NCBI GenBank assembly: GCA_965206845.1
Contig: OZ242221.1
Span: forward strand, 96,001-160,000
Source of the DNA: Cenarchaeum sp.
GTDB taxonomy: Archaea; Thermoproteota; Nitrososphaeria; Nitrososphaerales; Nitrosopumilaceae
DNA length: 64,000 nt
Reading direction: 5' to 3'
The notes under the pieces are model-generated. The model was not told the DNA's origin and did no database searches. It saw nothing but the letters and a program-made list of their open reading frames with translations. The translations under genes were made by a program, and so were the position numbers. How positions within the stretch are numbered: the first letter of the stretch is position 1; each line of letters starts with the position of its first letter. This document shows, in pieces, positions 9,889 to 22,540 of the stretch.

Positions 9889-11345
9889 TAGATTTTATGC
9901 GCAGTTCCCCCCAAACCTCATACCAATAGGTTTAGATCAGGCATGATCGTGCCACACACCAAATGCAGAATTTGCCTGATCAAACCATACGCAAGCTGCA
10001 ACAAGAAATTAAAAAACTAAAAAAGATTCTGAAGCAAAAAGACGAGGAGTTAAACCTTGAGCGCCTTCTGTGGAAAAGCAGGGAATCCGGTTGGAATCCA
10101 AGTACCGGTACGGACCTGCACAGGATCGAGGTGTTTGACGGCGTCATATCAGACGAGTCCGGCCTGCGCTCTGCGACACTGCAGCAGGGAGGAGTTCAGA
10201 TGTGTTTTGGAGCGTGCAGAGACGTGCGCGACTGCTTCCGGTGACATGCCGCTGTTTCGCGACGACGAATCCAGGGCGTCTGATCCCGGAAACCGGTGCA
10301 AGCTGCGCTCCAAGCACGCCCTGTTCATGTCATCCATACGCAAAAAGGACAACCCCGCGCAGGGCACGCTGTAGACAATGTTTGGGGTCGACCAGACCAG
10401 CGTGTGCAGGTATCTCAAGGTTATGGACAGGACACTAGCAGTGGTGCTTCCCACGGCCAAGAACGTCTCAGAAGAGATAGCCGCGTGCGAGACCAGGGAG
10501 GAATTCAAGGGAACTGTGCCCGGGTCGGACGGGGGAGACATCATCGCAGACGGTATGCACTGCCCGGTGCAGCGCCCGTCGGAGAAGACTGTCAGGCGCA
10601 TGATGTACTCGGGAAAGAAGAAACGGTTCACCTACAACACCACCGTCTTTACCAATACCGACAGGGTGATAATCGGGATGCCGAGGAGCTCCGTGGGCTC
10701 CACCGGCGACATCACGCTGCTCAGGGAGGATCCTATGCCGTTTGGCAAATGGGCCGAATCCATGCATGACGGCTCCACACCGGAAGAAGACAGGATCCGC
10801 GTCTGAGTCGACCGGGGATACCAGGGAACCGACAAGGATCTGCCCGGCATGATGCTCATGATACCCCACAAGAAAACCAAGAACCGCCGGATCCTGACTG
10901 CCGAGCAGAAGGAGCACAACCACCGAGTCAACTCCACCAGGATGCGCGTGGAGCACTCCATCGGAAGGCTCAAGCGCTACGCGCGCCTGGCGGACCCGTA
11001 CGACGGTGCCATGGGCCAGTCCAACCATGAATTTAACGCGATTACGGGACTGGTGAGCCTGCACCTGCTCTTGGATAGGATCGACAAGGGCCCGCCGTCA
11101 TCTGGCATGTGGGGGACGTCGGTTGACTGGAACGTGGCTGTCTCCCCCCCTGCAAGCAGCGCCCCGTTCTGATGGCAGAACCGGTGCACACTGCGGTGCT
11201 GGAATGGTGCGCATGTCATATTCCGAATATTTGTAAAATGTCTCCAATGGCATGCACTCTGGTGCAAAATTAATCCATAAATCAAGTAATAACTCAGGTA
11301 CTCGGCATCAAATTGAAAATTATTTTGGATTGCGCACAGAATCTA
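9889..11345 (+). mobile_element. IS5-family ISL2/Harbinger-like element with a pseudogenised DDE_Tnp_4 transposase (9963..11172)
   Basis: TIR tagatt(t/c)t(a/g)tgcgca; FGVDQTSVCR, IIADG, YSGKKK, DRGYQG and RVEHSIGRLK motifs split by a frameshift and stops. Confidence 0.85.
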
Positions 11346-11573
11346 ATGCAATACACAAACTGTAAGCCGGCCCAAACTATTGCGTGCGGGGGAGTTGGGG
11401 CATATGCGTGTGGAGCCTAAAAATGCTGCATAATCGCGGGAAATCCCTTCTGGTCCACAACATTAATGAATTTTTTAGACGTTTCACACGCATCACATGA
11501 CATGAGATTGACCAAAGACAAGATCGTCCGATCCAAGAACGAGCACCCGTTGGGAGGTGTCCTGTGGATGACG

Positions 11574-14500
11574 TCATCTGGTTTCAGCTACGGCGATCGT
11601 GGCCTCGCCGCTCCAATCCCCGGCGGTGCCGTCGTAGCGGGCGCGCACCTTCACCTTGTAGGTTTCTCCCTCCTCCAAGCCGGTGATCGTATGGGACGTG
11701 TCGGTGGGGAATGCGTTGCCAGACAGGTCAGTCCAGAGCGGGAACGGCTCGCCCACCTTTGCCCAGGATATGCGGTAGTCCACGGGCGCCTCGTTAGGTG
11801 CCTCCCAGCCGACATCTATCGTCCCCGGTTGGGTGCTGCTCAGGATTATGCGACCCATGTCGCGGGCGTCGCGCGGCTCATTGGGCTCGAGCACTACCGG
11901 TTGGGTTTGCGTGTAGCTGGCCGGGACATCCAAGACGGTGACGGTTACAGTATCCGAGTGGACTACTACGCCATCATCAGCGGTCAGCGTGAATGCAATT
12001 GCAGTGTCAGAGTCGACCTGGGGGGCCGTAAAGGAGGCGTCCAGCGCGGAGGCGTCAAGCGTTATGGGCAGGGTCGAGTTGTGCGACCAGGAGTACGTCA
12101 GGGTATCCTCGGTGTCCGAGTCGGCGACCGCGCCGTCCAGGCTCACGGCGGAACCCTCGGCGGCTGTCTGGTCCGGCCCGGCGTTGACCGTCGGGGGGCT
12201 GTTGGGCGAGTCCGTTACGGTCACCTGCAGGGTGTCAGAGACTTCCACGGTCCCGTCATCTACGGTCAGGGTGACGGTGATGGTGGTGTTAGCCGCGACG
12301 TCGGGCGCCGTAAACGACGCGGACAAGGAGTCGGAGCCGGTGATGGTTATCGAGAGGGTGTCGTCGTGGGTCCACGAGTACGCCAGGGTGTCCTCCGGAT
12401 CGTCATCAGAGACGGTGCCCGAGAGGGTCACCGTGGCGCCCTCAGCCACCTCCTGGTCCTGCCCGGCGTTGACCGTCGGGGGGCTGTTGGGCGAGTCCGT
12501 TACGGTCACCTGCAGGGTGTCAGAGACTTCCACGGTCCCGTCATCTACGGTCAGGGTGACGGTGATGGTGGTGTTAGCCGCGACGTCGGGCGCCGTAAAC
12601 GACGCGGACAAGGAGTCGGAGCCGGTGATGGTTATCGAGAGGGTGTCGTCGTGGGTCCACGAGTACGCCAGGGTATCCTCGGTGTCCGAGTCGGTGGCCG
12701 CGCCGTCCAGGCTCACGGCGGAACCCTCGGCGGCTGTCATCCGGCCCGGCAGATGCCGTCGGGGGAGAGTTCGCGCTGTCCGTGATGGTGGGGTTGACAG
12801 GCGTTGCCGTAGTGGCAGCGGCTCCCGTGACGACAATCATGACCTCGCCGCTCCAATCCCCGGCGGTGCCGTCGTAGCGGGCGCGCACCTTCACCTTGTA
12901 GGTTTCTCCCTCCTCCAAGCCGGTGATCGTATGGGACGTGTCGGTGGGGAATGCGTTGCCAGACAGGTCAGTCCAGAGCGGGAACGGCTCGCCCACCTTT
13001 GCCCAGGATATGCGGTAGTCCACGGGCGCCTCGTTAGGTGCCTCCCAGCCGACATCTATCGTCCCCGGTTGGGTGCTGCTCAGGATTATGCGACCCATGT
13101 CGCGGGCGTCGCGCGGCTCATTGGGCTCGAGCACTACCGGTTGGGTTTGCGTGTAGCTGGCCGGGACATCCAAGACGGTGACGGTTACAGTATCCGAGTG
13201 GACTACTACGCCATCATCAGCGGTCAGCGTGAATGCGATTGCAGTGTCAGAGTCGACCTGGGGGGCCGTAAAGGAGGCGTCCAGCGCGGAGGCGTCAAGC
13301 GTTATGGGCAGGGTCGAGTTGTGCGACCAGGAGTACGTCAGGGTATCCTCGGTGTCCGAGTCGGCGACCGCGCCGTCCAGGCTCACGGCGGAACCCTCGG
13401 CGGCTGTCTGGTCCGGCCCGGCGTTGACCGTCGGGGGGCTGTTGGGCGAGTCCGTTACGGTCACCTGCAGGGTGTCAGAGACTTCCACGGTCCCGTCATC
13501 TACGGTCAGGGTGACGGTGATGGTGGTGTTAGCCGCGACGTCGGGCGCCGTAAACGACGCGGACAAGGAGTCGGAGCCGGTGATGGTTATCGAGAGGGTG
13601 TCGTCGTGGGTCCACGAGTACGCCAGGGTGTCCTCCGGATCGTCATCAGAGACGGTGCCCGAGAGGGTCACCGTGGCGCCCTCAGCCACCTCCTGGTCCT
13701 GCCCGGCGTTGACCGTCGGGGGGCTGTTGGGCGAGTCCGGGTCACCTGCAGGGTGTCAGAGACTTCCACGGTCCCGTCATCTACGGTCAGGGTGACGGTG
13801 ATGGTGGTGTTAGCCGCGACGTCGGGCGCCGTAAACGACGCGGACAAGGAGTCGGAGCGGTGATGGTTATCGAGAGGGTGTCGTCGTGGGTCCACGAGTA
13901 CGCCAGGGTATCCTCGGTGTCCGAGTCGGTGGCCGCGCCGTCCAGGCTCACGGCGGAACCCTCGGCGGCTGTCTGATCCGGCCCGGCAGATGCCGTCGGG
14001 GGAGAGTTCGCGCTGTCCGTGATGGTGGGGTTGACAGGCGTTGCCGTAGTGGCAGCGGCTCCCGTGACGACAATCATGACCTCGCCGCTCCAATCCCCGG
14101 CGGTGCCGTCGTAGCGGGCGCGCACCTTCACCTTGTAGGTTTCTCCCTCCTCCAAGCCGGTGATCGTATGGGACGTGTCGGTGGGGAATGCGTTGCCAGA
14201 CAGGTCAGTCCAGAGCGGGAACGGCTCGCCCACCTTTGCCCAGGATATGCGGTAGTCCACGGGCGCCTCGTTAGGTGCCTCCCAGCCGACATCTATCGTC
14301 CCCGGTTGGGTGCTGCTCAGGATTATGCGACCCATGTCGCGGGCGTCGCGCGGCTCATTGGGCTCGAGCACTACCGGTTGGGTTTGCGTGTAGCTGGCCG
14401 GGACATCCAAGACGGTGACGGTTACAGTATCCGAGTGGACTACTACGCCATCATCAGCGGTCAGCGTGAATGCGATTGCAGTGTCAGAGTCGACCTGGGG

Positions 14501-17500
14501 GGCCGTAAAGGAGGCGTCCAGCGCGGAGGCGTCAAGCGTTATGGGCAGGGTCGAGTTGTGCGACCAGGAGTACGTCAGGGTATCCTCGGTGTCCGAGTCG
14601 GCGACCGCGCCGTTCAGGCTCACGGCGGAACCCTCGGCGGCTGTCTGGTCCGGCCCGGCGTTGACCGTCGGGGGGCTGTTGGGCGAGTCCGCTATGGTCA
14701 CCTGCAGGGTGTCAGAGACTTCCACGGTCCCGTCATCTACGGTCAGGGTGACGGTGATGGTGGTGTTAGCCGCGACGTCGGGCGCCGTAAACGACGCGGA
14801 CAAGGAGTCGGAGCCGGTGATGGTTATCGAGAGGGTGTCGTCGTGGGTCCACGAGTACGCCAGGGTGTCCTCCGGATCGTCATCAGAGACGGTGCCCGAG
14901 AGGGTCACCGTGGCGCCCTCAGCCACCTCCTGGTCCTGCCCGGCGTTGACCGTCGGGGGGCTGTTGGGCGAGTCCGTTACGGTCACCTGCAGGGTGTCAG
15001 AGACTTCCACGGTCCCGTCATCTACGGTCAGGGTGACGGTGATGGTGGTGTTAGCCGCGACGTCGGGCGCCGTAAACGACGCGGACAAGGAGTCGGAGCC
15101 GGTGATGGTTATCGAGAGGGTGTCGTCGTGGGTCCACGAGTACGCCAGGGTGTCCTCCGGATCGTCATCAGAGACGGTGCCCGAGAGGGTCACCGTGGCG
15201 CCCTCAGCCACCTCCTGGTCCTGCCCGGCGTTGACCGTCGGGGGGCTGTTGGGCGAGTCCGTTACGGTCACCTGCAGGGTGTCAGAGACTTCCACGGTCC
15301 CGTCATCTACGGTCAGGGTGACGGTGATGGTGGTGTTAGCCGCGACGTCGGGCGCCGTAAACGACGCGGACAAGGAGTCGGAGCCGGTGATGGTTATCGA
15401 GAGGGTGTCGTCGTGGGTCCACGAGTACGCCAGGGTATCCTCGGTGTCCGAGTCGGTGGCCGCGCCGTCCAGGCTCACGGCGGAACCCTCGGCGGCTGTC
15501 TGATCCGGCCCGGCAGATGCCGTCGGGGGAGAGTTCGCGCTGTCCGTGATGGTGGGGTTGACAGGCGTTGCCGTAGTGGCAGCGGCTCCCGTGACGACAA
15601 TCATGACCTCGCCGCTCCAATCCCCGGCGGTGCCGTCGTAGCGGGCGCGCACCTTCACCTTGTAGGTTTCTCCCTCCTCCAAGCCGGTGATCGTATGGGA
15701 CGTGTCGGTGGGGAATGCGTTGCCAGACAGGTCAGTCCAGAGCGGGAACGGCTCGCCCACCTTTGCCCAGGATATGCGGTAGTCCACGGGCGCCTCGTTA
15801 GGTGCCTCCCAGCCGACATCTATCGTCCCCGGTTGGGTGCTGCTCAGGATTATGCGACCCATGTCGCGGGCGTCGCGCGGCTCATTGGGCTCGAGCACTA
15901 CCGGTTGGGTTTGCGTGTAGCTGGCCGGGACATCCAAGACGGTGACGGTTACAGTATCCGAGTGGACTACTACGCCATCATCAGCGGTCAGCGTGAATGC
16001 GATTGCAGTGTCAGAGTCGACCTGGGGGGCCGTAAAGGAGGCGTCCAGCGCGGAGGCGTCAAGCGTTATGGGCAGGGTCGAGTTGTGCGACCAGGAGTAC
16101 GTCAGGGTATCCTCGGTGTCCGAGTCGGCGACCGCGCCGTTCAGGCTCACGGCGGAACCCTCGGCGGCTGTCTGGTCCGGCCCGGCGTTGACCGTCGGGG
16201 GGCTGTTGGGCGAGTCCGCTATGGTCACCTGCAGGGTGTCAGAGACTTCCACGGTCCCGTCATCTACGGTCAGGGTGACGGTGATGGTGGTGTTAGCCGC
16301 GACGTCGGGCGCCGTAAACGACGCGGACAAGGAGTCGGAGCCGGTGATGGTTATCGAGAGGGTGTCGTCGTGGGTCCACGAGTACGCCAGGGTGTCCTCC
16401 GGATCGTCATCAGAGACGGTGCCCGAGAGGGTCACCGTGGCGCCCTCAGCCACCTCCTGGTCCTGCCCGGCGTTGACCGTCGGGGGGCTGTTGGGCGAGT
16501 CCGTTACGGTCACCTGCAGGGTGTCAGAGACTTCCACGGTCCCGTCATCTACGGTCAGGGTGACGGTGATGGTGGTGTTAGCCGCGACGTCGGGCGCCGT
16601 AAACGACGCGGACAAGGAGTCGGAGCCGGTGATGGTTATCGAGAGGGTGTCGTCGTGGGTCCACGAGTACGCCAGGGTGTCCTCCGGATCGTCATCAGAG
16701 ACGGTGCCCGAGAGGGTCACCGTGGCGCCCTCAGCCACCTCCTGGTCCTGCCCGGCGTTGACCGTCGGGGGGCTGTTGGGCGAGTCCGTTACGGTCACCT
16801 GCAGGGTGTCAGAGACTTCCACGGTCCCGTCATCTACGGTCAGGGTGACGGTGATGGTGGTGTTAGCCGCGACGTCGGGCGCCGTAAACGACGCGGACAA
16901 GGAGTCGGAGCCGGTGATGGTTATCGAGAGGGTGTCGTCGTGGGTCCACGAGTACGCCAGGGTATCCTCGGTGTCCGAGTCGGTGGCCGCGCCGTCCAGG
17001 CTCACGGCGGAACCCTCGGCGGCTGTCTGATCCGGCCCGGCAGATGCCGTCGGGGGAGAGTTCGCGCTGTCCGTGATGGTGGGGTTGACAGGCGTTGCCG
17101 TAGTGGCAGCGGCTCCCGTGACGACAATCATGACCTCGCCGCTCCAATCCCCGGCGGTGCCGTCGTAGCGGGCGCGCACCTTCACCTTGTAGGTTTCTCC
17201 CTCCTCCAAGCCGGTGATCGTATGGGACGTGTCGGTGGGGAATGCGTTGCCAGACAGGTCAGTCCAGAGCGGGAACGGCTCGCCCACCTTTGCCCAGGAT
17301 ATGCGGTAGTCCACGGGCGCCTCGTTAGGTGCCTCCCAGCCGACATCTATCGTCCCCGGTTGGGTGCTGCTCAGGATTATGCGACCCATGTCGCGGGCGT
17401 CGCGCGGCTCATTGGGCTCGAGCACTACCGGTTGGGTTTGCGTGTAGCTGGCCGGGACATCCAAGACGGTGACGGTTACAGTATCCGAGTGGACTACTAC

Positions 17501-20500
17501 GCCATCATCAGCGGTCAGCGTGAATGCGATTGCAGTGTCAGAGTCGACCTGGGGGGCCGTAAAGGAGGCGTCCAGCGCGGAGGCGTCAAGCGTTATGGGC
17601 AGGGTCGAGTTGTGCGACCAGGAGTACGTCAGGGTATCCTCGGTGTCCGAGTCGGCGACCGCGCCGTTCAGGCTCACGGCGGAACCCTCGGCGGCTGTCT
17701 GGTCCGGCCCGGCGTTGACCGTCGGGGGGCTGTTGGGCGAGTCCGCTATGGTCACCTGCAGGGTGTCAGAGACTTCCACGGTCCCGTCATCTACGGTCAG
17801 GGTGACGGTGATGGTGGTGTTAGCCGCGACGTCGGGCGCCGTAAACGACGCGGACAAGGAGTCGGAGCCGGTGATGGTTATCGAGAGGGTGTCGTCGTGG
17901 GTCCACGAGTACGCCAGGGTGTCCTCCGGATCGTCATCAGAGACGGTGCCCGAGAGGGTCACCGTGGCGCCCTCAGCCACCTCCTGGTCCTGCCCGGCGT
18001 TGACCGTCGGGGGGCTGTTGGGCGAGTCCGTTACGGTCACCTGCAGGGTGTCAGAGACTTCCACGGTCCCGTCATCTACGGTCAGGGTGACGGTGATGGT
18101 GGTGTTAGCCGCGACGTCGGGCGCCGTAAACGACGCGGACAAGGAGTCGGAGCCGGTGATGGTTATCGAGAGGGTGTCGTCGTGGGTCCACGAGTACGCC
18201 AGGGTGTCCTCCGGATCGTCATCAGAGACGGTGCCCGAGAGGGTCACCGTGGCGCCCTCAGCCACCTCCTGGTCCTGCCCGGCGTTGACCGTCGGGGGGC
18301 TGTTGGGCGAGTCCGTTACGGTCACCTGCAGGGTGTCAGAGACTTCCACGGTCCCGTCATCTACGGTCAGGGTGACGGTGATGGTGGTGTTAGCCGCGAC
18401 GTCGGGCGCCGTAAACGACGCGGACAAGGAGTCGGAGCCGGTGATGGTTATCGAGAGGGTGTCGTCGTGGGTCCACGAGTACGCCAGGGTGTCCTCCGGA
18501 TCGTCATCAGAGACGGTGCCCGAGAGGGTCACCGTGGCGCCCTCAGCCACCTCCTGGTCCTGCCCGGCGTTGACCGTCGGGGGGCTGTTGGGCGAGTCCG
18601 TTACGGTCACCTGCAGGGTGTCAGAGACTTCCACGGTCCCGTCATCTACGGTCAGGGTGACGGTGATGGTGGTGTTGGCCGCGACGTCGGGCGCCGTAAA
18701 CGACGCGGACAAGGAGTCGGAGCCGGTGATGGTTATCGCGAGGGCGCCGTCGTGGGTCCACGAGTACGTCAGGGTGTCCCCCGGATCATCGTCAGTTACG
18801 GTGCCCGAGAGGCTCACCGCGGCGCCCTCGACCACCTCCTGGTCGTCGCCTGCCCCCACCGCGGGCGGGCTGTTGGTATGGTGGATTGTGTCATTGCCCA
18901 CGGTTATCTCCACCGTCTTGGAGTTGCCTTCGCCGAAGGAACCGGTCGACTTGATGGTCACGTTGTATTGTCCCGGCACCACGGTCTGGTCGGCCCTTAC
19001 GGCCAGGTGGCTTGCGTTCACTATCCAGAACTTGTCGCCGTTGGGAGCGGTTCCGTCTACCGCGTATGTCGGGTTCTGGCCGTCCAGGTAGGCGTTCTGC
19101 GCCGATATCGCCAGAGTCTCGTCGGGGCCTGACATGACGGTGTCGTCCAGCACGATGTACCAGTCGCCCAAGTTCCGGGCGAAGCTGTTGGCGCCATCGA
19201 GCATGTTAGACATGTCGGTTATTCCCGAGACGTTCCAAGACGATATGTCGCCGTTGAAGGCTCGGGCAATGGCAAACATGCTGCTCATGTCAGTCACCGA
19301 GGAGACATTCCAGTTGGAGAGGTTGCCGTTGAAACGTAGAGCAAACATGAACATCTCGGAGGTGTCCGTTACGGCTGACAGGTCCGGGGCGTCTGTCGCG
19401 CGATATACCATATTTGACGCGCCATTAAACGCGCCCCTCATCGACTCCCAGCGGATGTCCCCCCACTGCTCTATCGATTGCAGTTTTAGCGAGCTCTCAT
19501 AGTGATAGGGAAGGTAGATTTGGGAAAAGTCGCCATATATGCTGACCGTGTAGGTTCCGGCGGCCTTGTACGTGTGCATCTGGTGCCCAGAGACGTCAGC
19601 GTCGATGCTGGCGTCACCCCAGATGACCGTGTACGTACCCGTAGATCCTCCTACCGGGATCAATATGAACTCGTTGGCACTGGTCGTCTGCCAGGTGGTG
19701 ACAAAGGCGGCGCCCGGCGTGGTGCCGGCAGGGATGCTCGTGACGGTGAGAGCCAGCGGGTCTGATGCGGTGTTGCTGTTGCCTATCGGGTCAAGCACGC
19801 CGCCCTCCGGGATGGAGACAGTCAGGTTGCCGGCTACCAGGCCGGATACCTCGAAGGTGAACGTTCCGGCCGTAATATTGGCAGGAAGCGGGCCTGACAC
19901 CGTCCCGCCCGACGCAGATACGTCCGAGGCGGTAAACGTGGTAGCATCCACCTGCCCGCCAAAGTCCGCCGTGAAGGTGATTCTGGATGCGTTGACCGGG
20001 GAGAATGCCTCCGTGGAGAGGGTTGGGGCGGGGCGGGTGCGCTCGATCTCCACGACGTACGGATCCGATGCGGTGTTGTTGTTGCCTGCCATGTCAAGCA
20101 CGCCGCCCTCCGGGATGGAGACAGTCAGGTTCCCTGTGGCCATGCCGGATACCTTGAAGGTGAACGTTCCGGCCGTAATGTTGGCAGGAAGCGGGCCTGA
20201 CACCGTCCCGTCCGACGCAGATACGTCCGAGGCGGTAAACGTGGTGGCATCCACCTGCTCGCCAAAGTCCGCCGTGAAGGTGATGTCTGGTGTGTTGACC
20301 GGGGAGGATGCCTCCGTGGAGAGGGTGGGGGTGGGGCGGGTGCGCTCGATCTCCACGACGTACGGATCCGATGCGGTGTTGTTGTTGCCTGCCATGTCAA
20401 GCACGCCGCCCTCCGTGATGGAGACAGTCAGGTTCCCTGTTGCCAGGCCGGATACCTCGAAGGTGAACGTTCCGGCCGTAATGTTGGCAGGAAGCGGGCC

Positions 20501-22540
20501 TGACACCGTCCCGCCCGACGCAGATACGTCCGAGGCGGTAAACGTGGTGGCATCCACCTGCTCGCCAAAGTCCGCCGTGAAGGTGATGGTGTGGGCGTTG
20601 GTGGGGGACGGTTCGGCGGTGGAGATCGCCGGCACGGGCCTGTCGATGTCGACTGCGTCAAGCGGGAGGGTGCTTGCGATGGCATAGTCCTGCTGGGAGC
20701 GGCGCGGCGTGTCGATGCCGGATCCCGTCACCGCCACGGTGCACGTCCCAGCCTCGGGGGGCGTGAACACCGCAAACTCGTTGGCCTGGTAGGCCGATTG
20801 CGCCGATATTGTATCCATACCGGGACAGTTCACGGTAAATCCTAGGTCTGCAAAGTAGTTCTTCCCCCTGGGATCGTAATAGCCATCATAAAACATGTCG
20901 ACAGTCCATGACAGTATTATCTTGACGGGGTTTTCGGTATCGGTTACCTCAAAGGTGTACCCGTCGACGTTGGCGTCGGACTCGAGGCTGCCCTCGACGA
21001 GGTGGCGGCCAGATGCCTGGGAGACGTAGTCCAGGGTCTTTGCCGCGTCGAGAATCCCGAAACCGACGTTGTTTACTACCTCGAGCGAGTCGCCGCCTTC
21101 GGTAAAGCTGCCCGGCTGCCGTCCGTGGGAGCAGTTGTCGGTGGCGTTGTACTGCTCGTACTGCACGGACGTGCACGGCACCGGTCCGGTCCAGTTGGCC
21201 CCAAGAAGGATGGCGGTCTTGACGGCAGCAGGCTCCATGTCCCTCTCCTGTAGCACCAGCGCCGCTACCGCGCTGACTGCCGGGGTTGAAAAGCTCGTCC
21301 CGCTGATGAGGGTGGTGGCGCCGTTTGCCGTGTACTGTGGCACCTGCAGGACGGCGGGTGCCACGATCTCCGGCTTGAGTATCGGGTGGGTAACGCCGTC
21401 CACGCGGTGGGTTGCAGGGCCCCTGCCCGAGCCGCTGTACATCTGGATGTTGTCTAGGTCGCGATCGTTTATCCCCCCCACCGTGATGACGTTGTGCGCG
21501 CACCCCCACTGGTTTACAGACTGGTATACCGGCACCTGGTTCTGCCCGCTGCCGATGTCACCCTGGTTTCCTGACGATACGACGACGACCATCCCATTGT
21601 CGACGGCCCCGCCCGTGATCAGTTGGCGCGTCGCGCCAATGTCACTCTCGCGGCACTTTCCGAAACCGAAGCTCAGGTTCGCCACGTCCGCATCCTCGCG
21701 GAGAAGCCACGAAAAGGCATGTGATATACTGGCGTCCCCCGCGCCCAAATAGAAGAGCGAAAGCCCGGCATCCATGATGCTGACGCCAGGGGCTATTCCG
21801 TTGTGTTCCGGGAATCCCGATCCTGCAATGACCAGCGCAACTAGCGTTCCGTGGGATACCCCCTGGTTCCCCGGATCGGGTCCGACCACATCCTCGACTG
21901 GGACATAAGAGCAACTCAGATCATCGCACGAGATGCGGCCGATGACCTTGTCGTTTACCCCTAGTGGGTGGTTCACGCCTTCATCGACTATGCCGACGGT
22001 CACGCCGGAACCGTTTGCGACCGTTCCGATTGGCCTGCGCAGATCGTCGGCGGTCGCGCCTACCGTCACGCGCATCTTGCCGATCGTCGGATGTGACAGT
22101 GCCCAGTCATAATCCACGCTGTACACCAAGTCGTGCCCGGACACGTCCGGGATGCGTTCTGCAGGAACAGACGCGGTGACAAAGGAGAGCGTCTCTGCTG
22201 CCTCGATGTCGCGCGCGCCAATCCCCCTCAGCATCTCGGCTACGATCTCCTTGTTCTCGTCTGAGATGTCCCCACCGTTCTCGTCATATTTGGCGACGAC
22301 TATCATCATGTCGCGGTAGGCGGGATCGCTGTGCGGGTATCCGATCTGCCCGTATTCGATCAGGCCATACGCCCCTGCAAAGCCGCCGTTCAGCTTTCCG
22401 TGGTCGCCGGCACTCCCCTGTGGGTGGCCAGTCACGGCACCGTGGCCTGGAAGCGTGTCAGTTGCCAGCGGCGACAGTATGGCGAGCGCTACCACAGATG
22501 CCAATGCAGCCACGACGGCGTATGTGCTCCGGCCCATCAA
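11574..22540 (-). CDS. Giant secreted S8 subtilase with Ig-like, DUF285/BspA, PKD-like and FN3 repeats; ~3657 aa if three indels are corrected
   Basis: N-terminal hydrophobic signal; catalytic GIVDEG, SHGT, SSGN, SGTSFSTP; ORFs 13787..22540, 12574..13689 and 11574..12836 are consecutive repeat-unit continuations separated by -1 (~13858), -4 (~13740) and -2 (~12738) deletions relative to sister repeats. Confidence 0.88.
11600..18875. repeat. Hierarchical intragenic tandem repeat: 285-bp PKD-like units inside 1527-bp and ~1242-bp super-units, each ending in FN3
   Basis: Equivalent positions 14415/15942/17469 (period 1527) and 11938/13178/14415 (1240 and 1237); unit period 285 (14941/15226); near-identical DNA. 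Confidence 0.97.
19130..19720 (-). other. DUF285/BspA-like surface-repeat domain within the giant gene
   Basis: AFVTTWQT, SIEQWGDIRWESMRGAF, DAPDLSAVTD, FNGNLSNWNVSSVTDMSSMF repeats. Confidence 0.85.
19740..20640. repeat. Three ~303-bp tandem Ig-like (Big) domain repeats
   Basis: ITFTADFGEQVDATTFTASDV...VLDMAGNNNTASDP repeated three times. Confidence 0.9.

Noticed and set aside
11600-18875. Repeat array as CRISPR or DGR template/variable repeats
   Set aside because: Units are 285 bp or longer, protein-coding, without spacers or adenine-specific variation; no cas or RT gene in the window.
13886-19132. 1748-aa + strand ORF and other long + ORFs over the repeat array
   Set aside because: Antisense shadows of the GC-rich repetitive minus-strand gene; no motifs.
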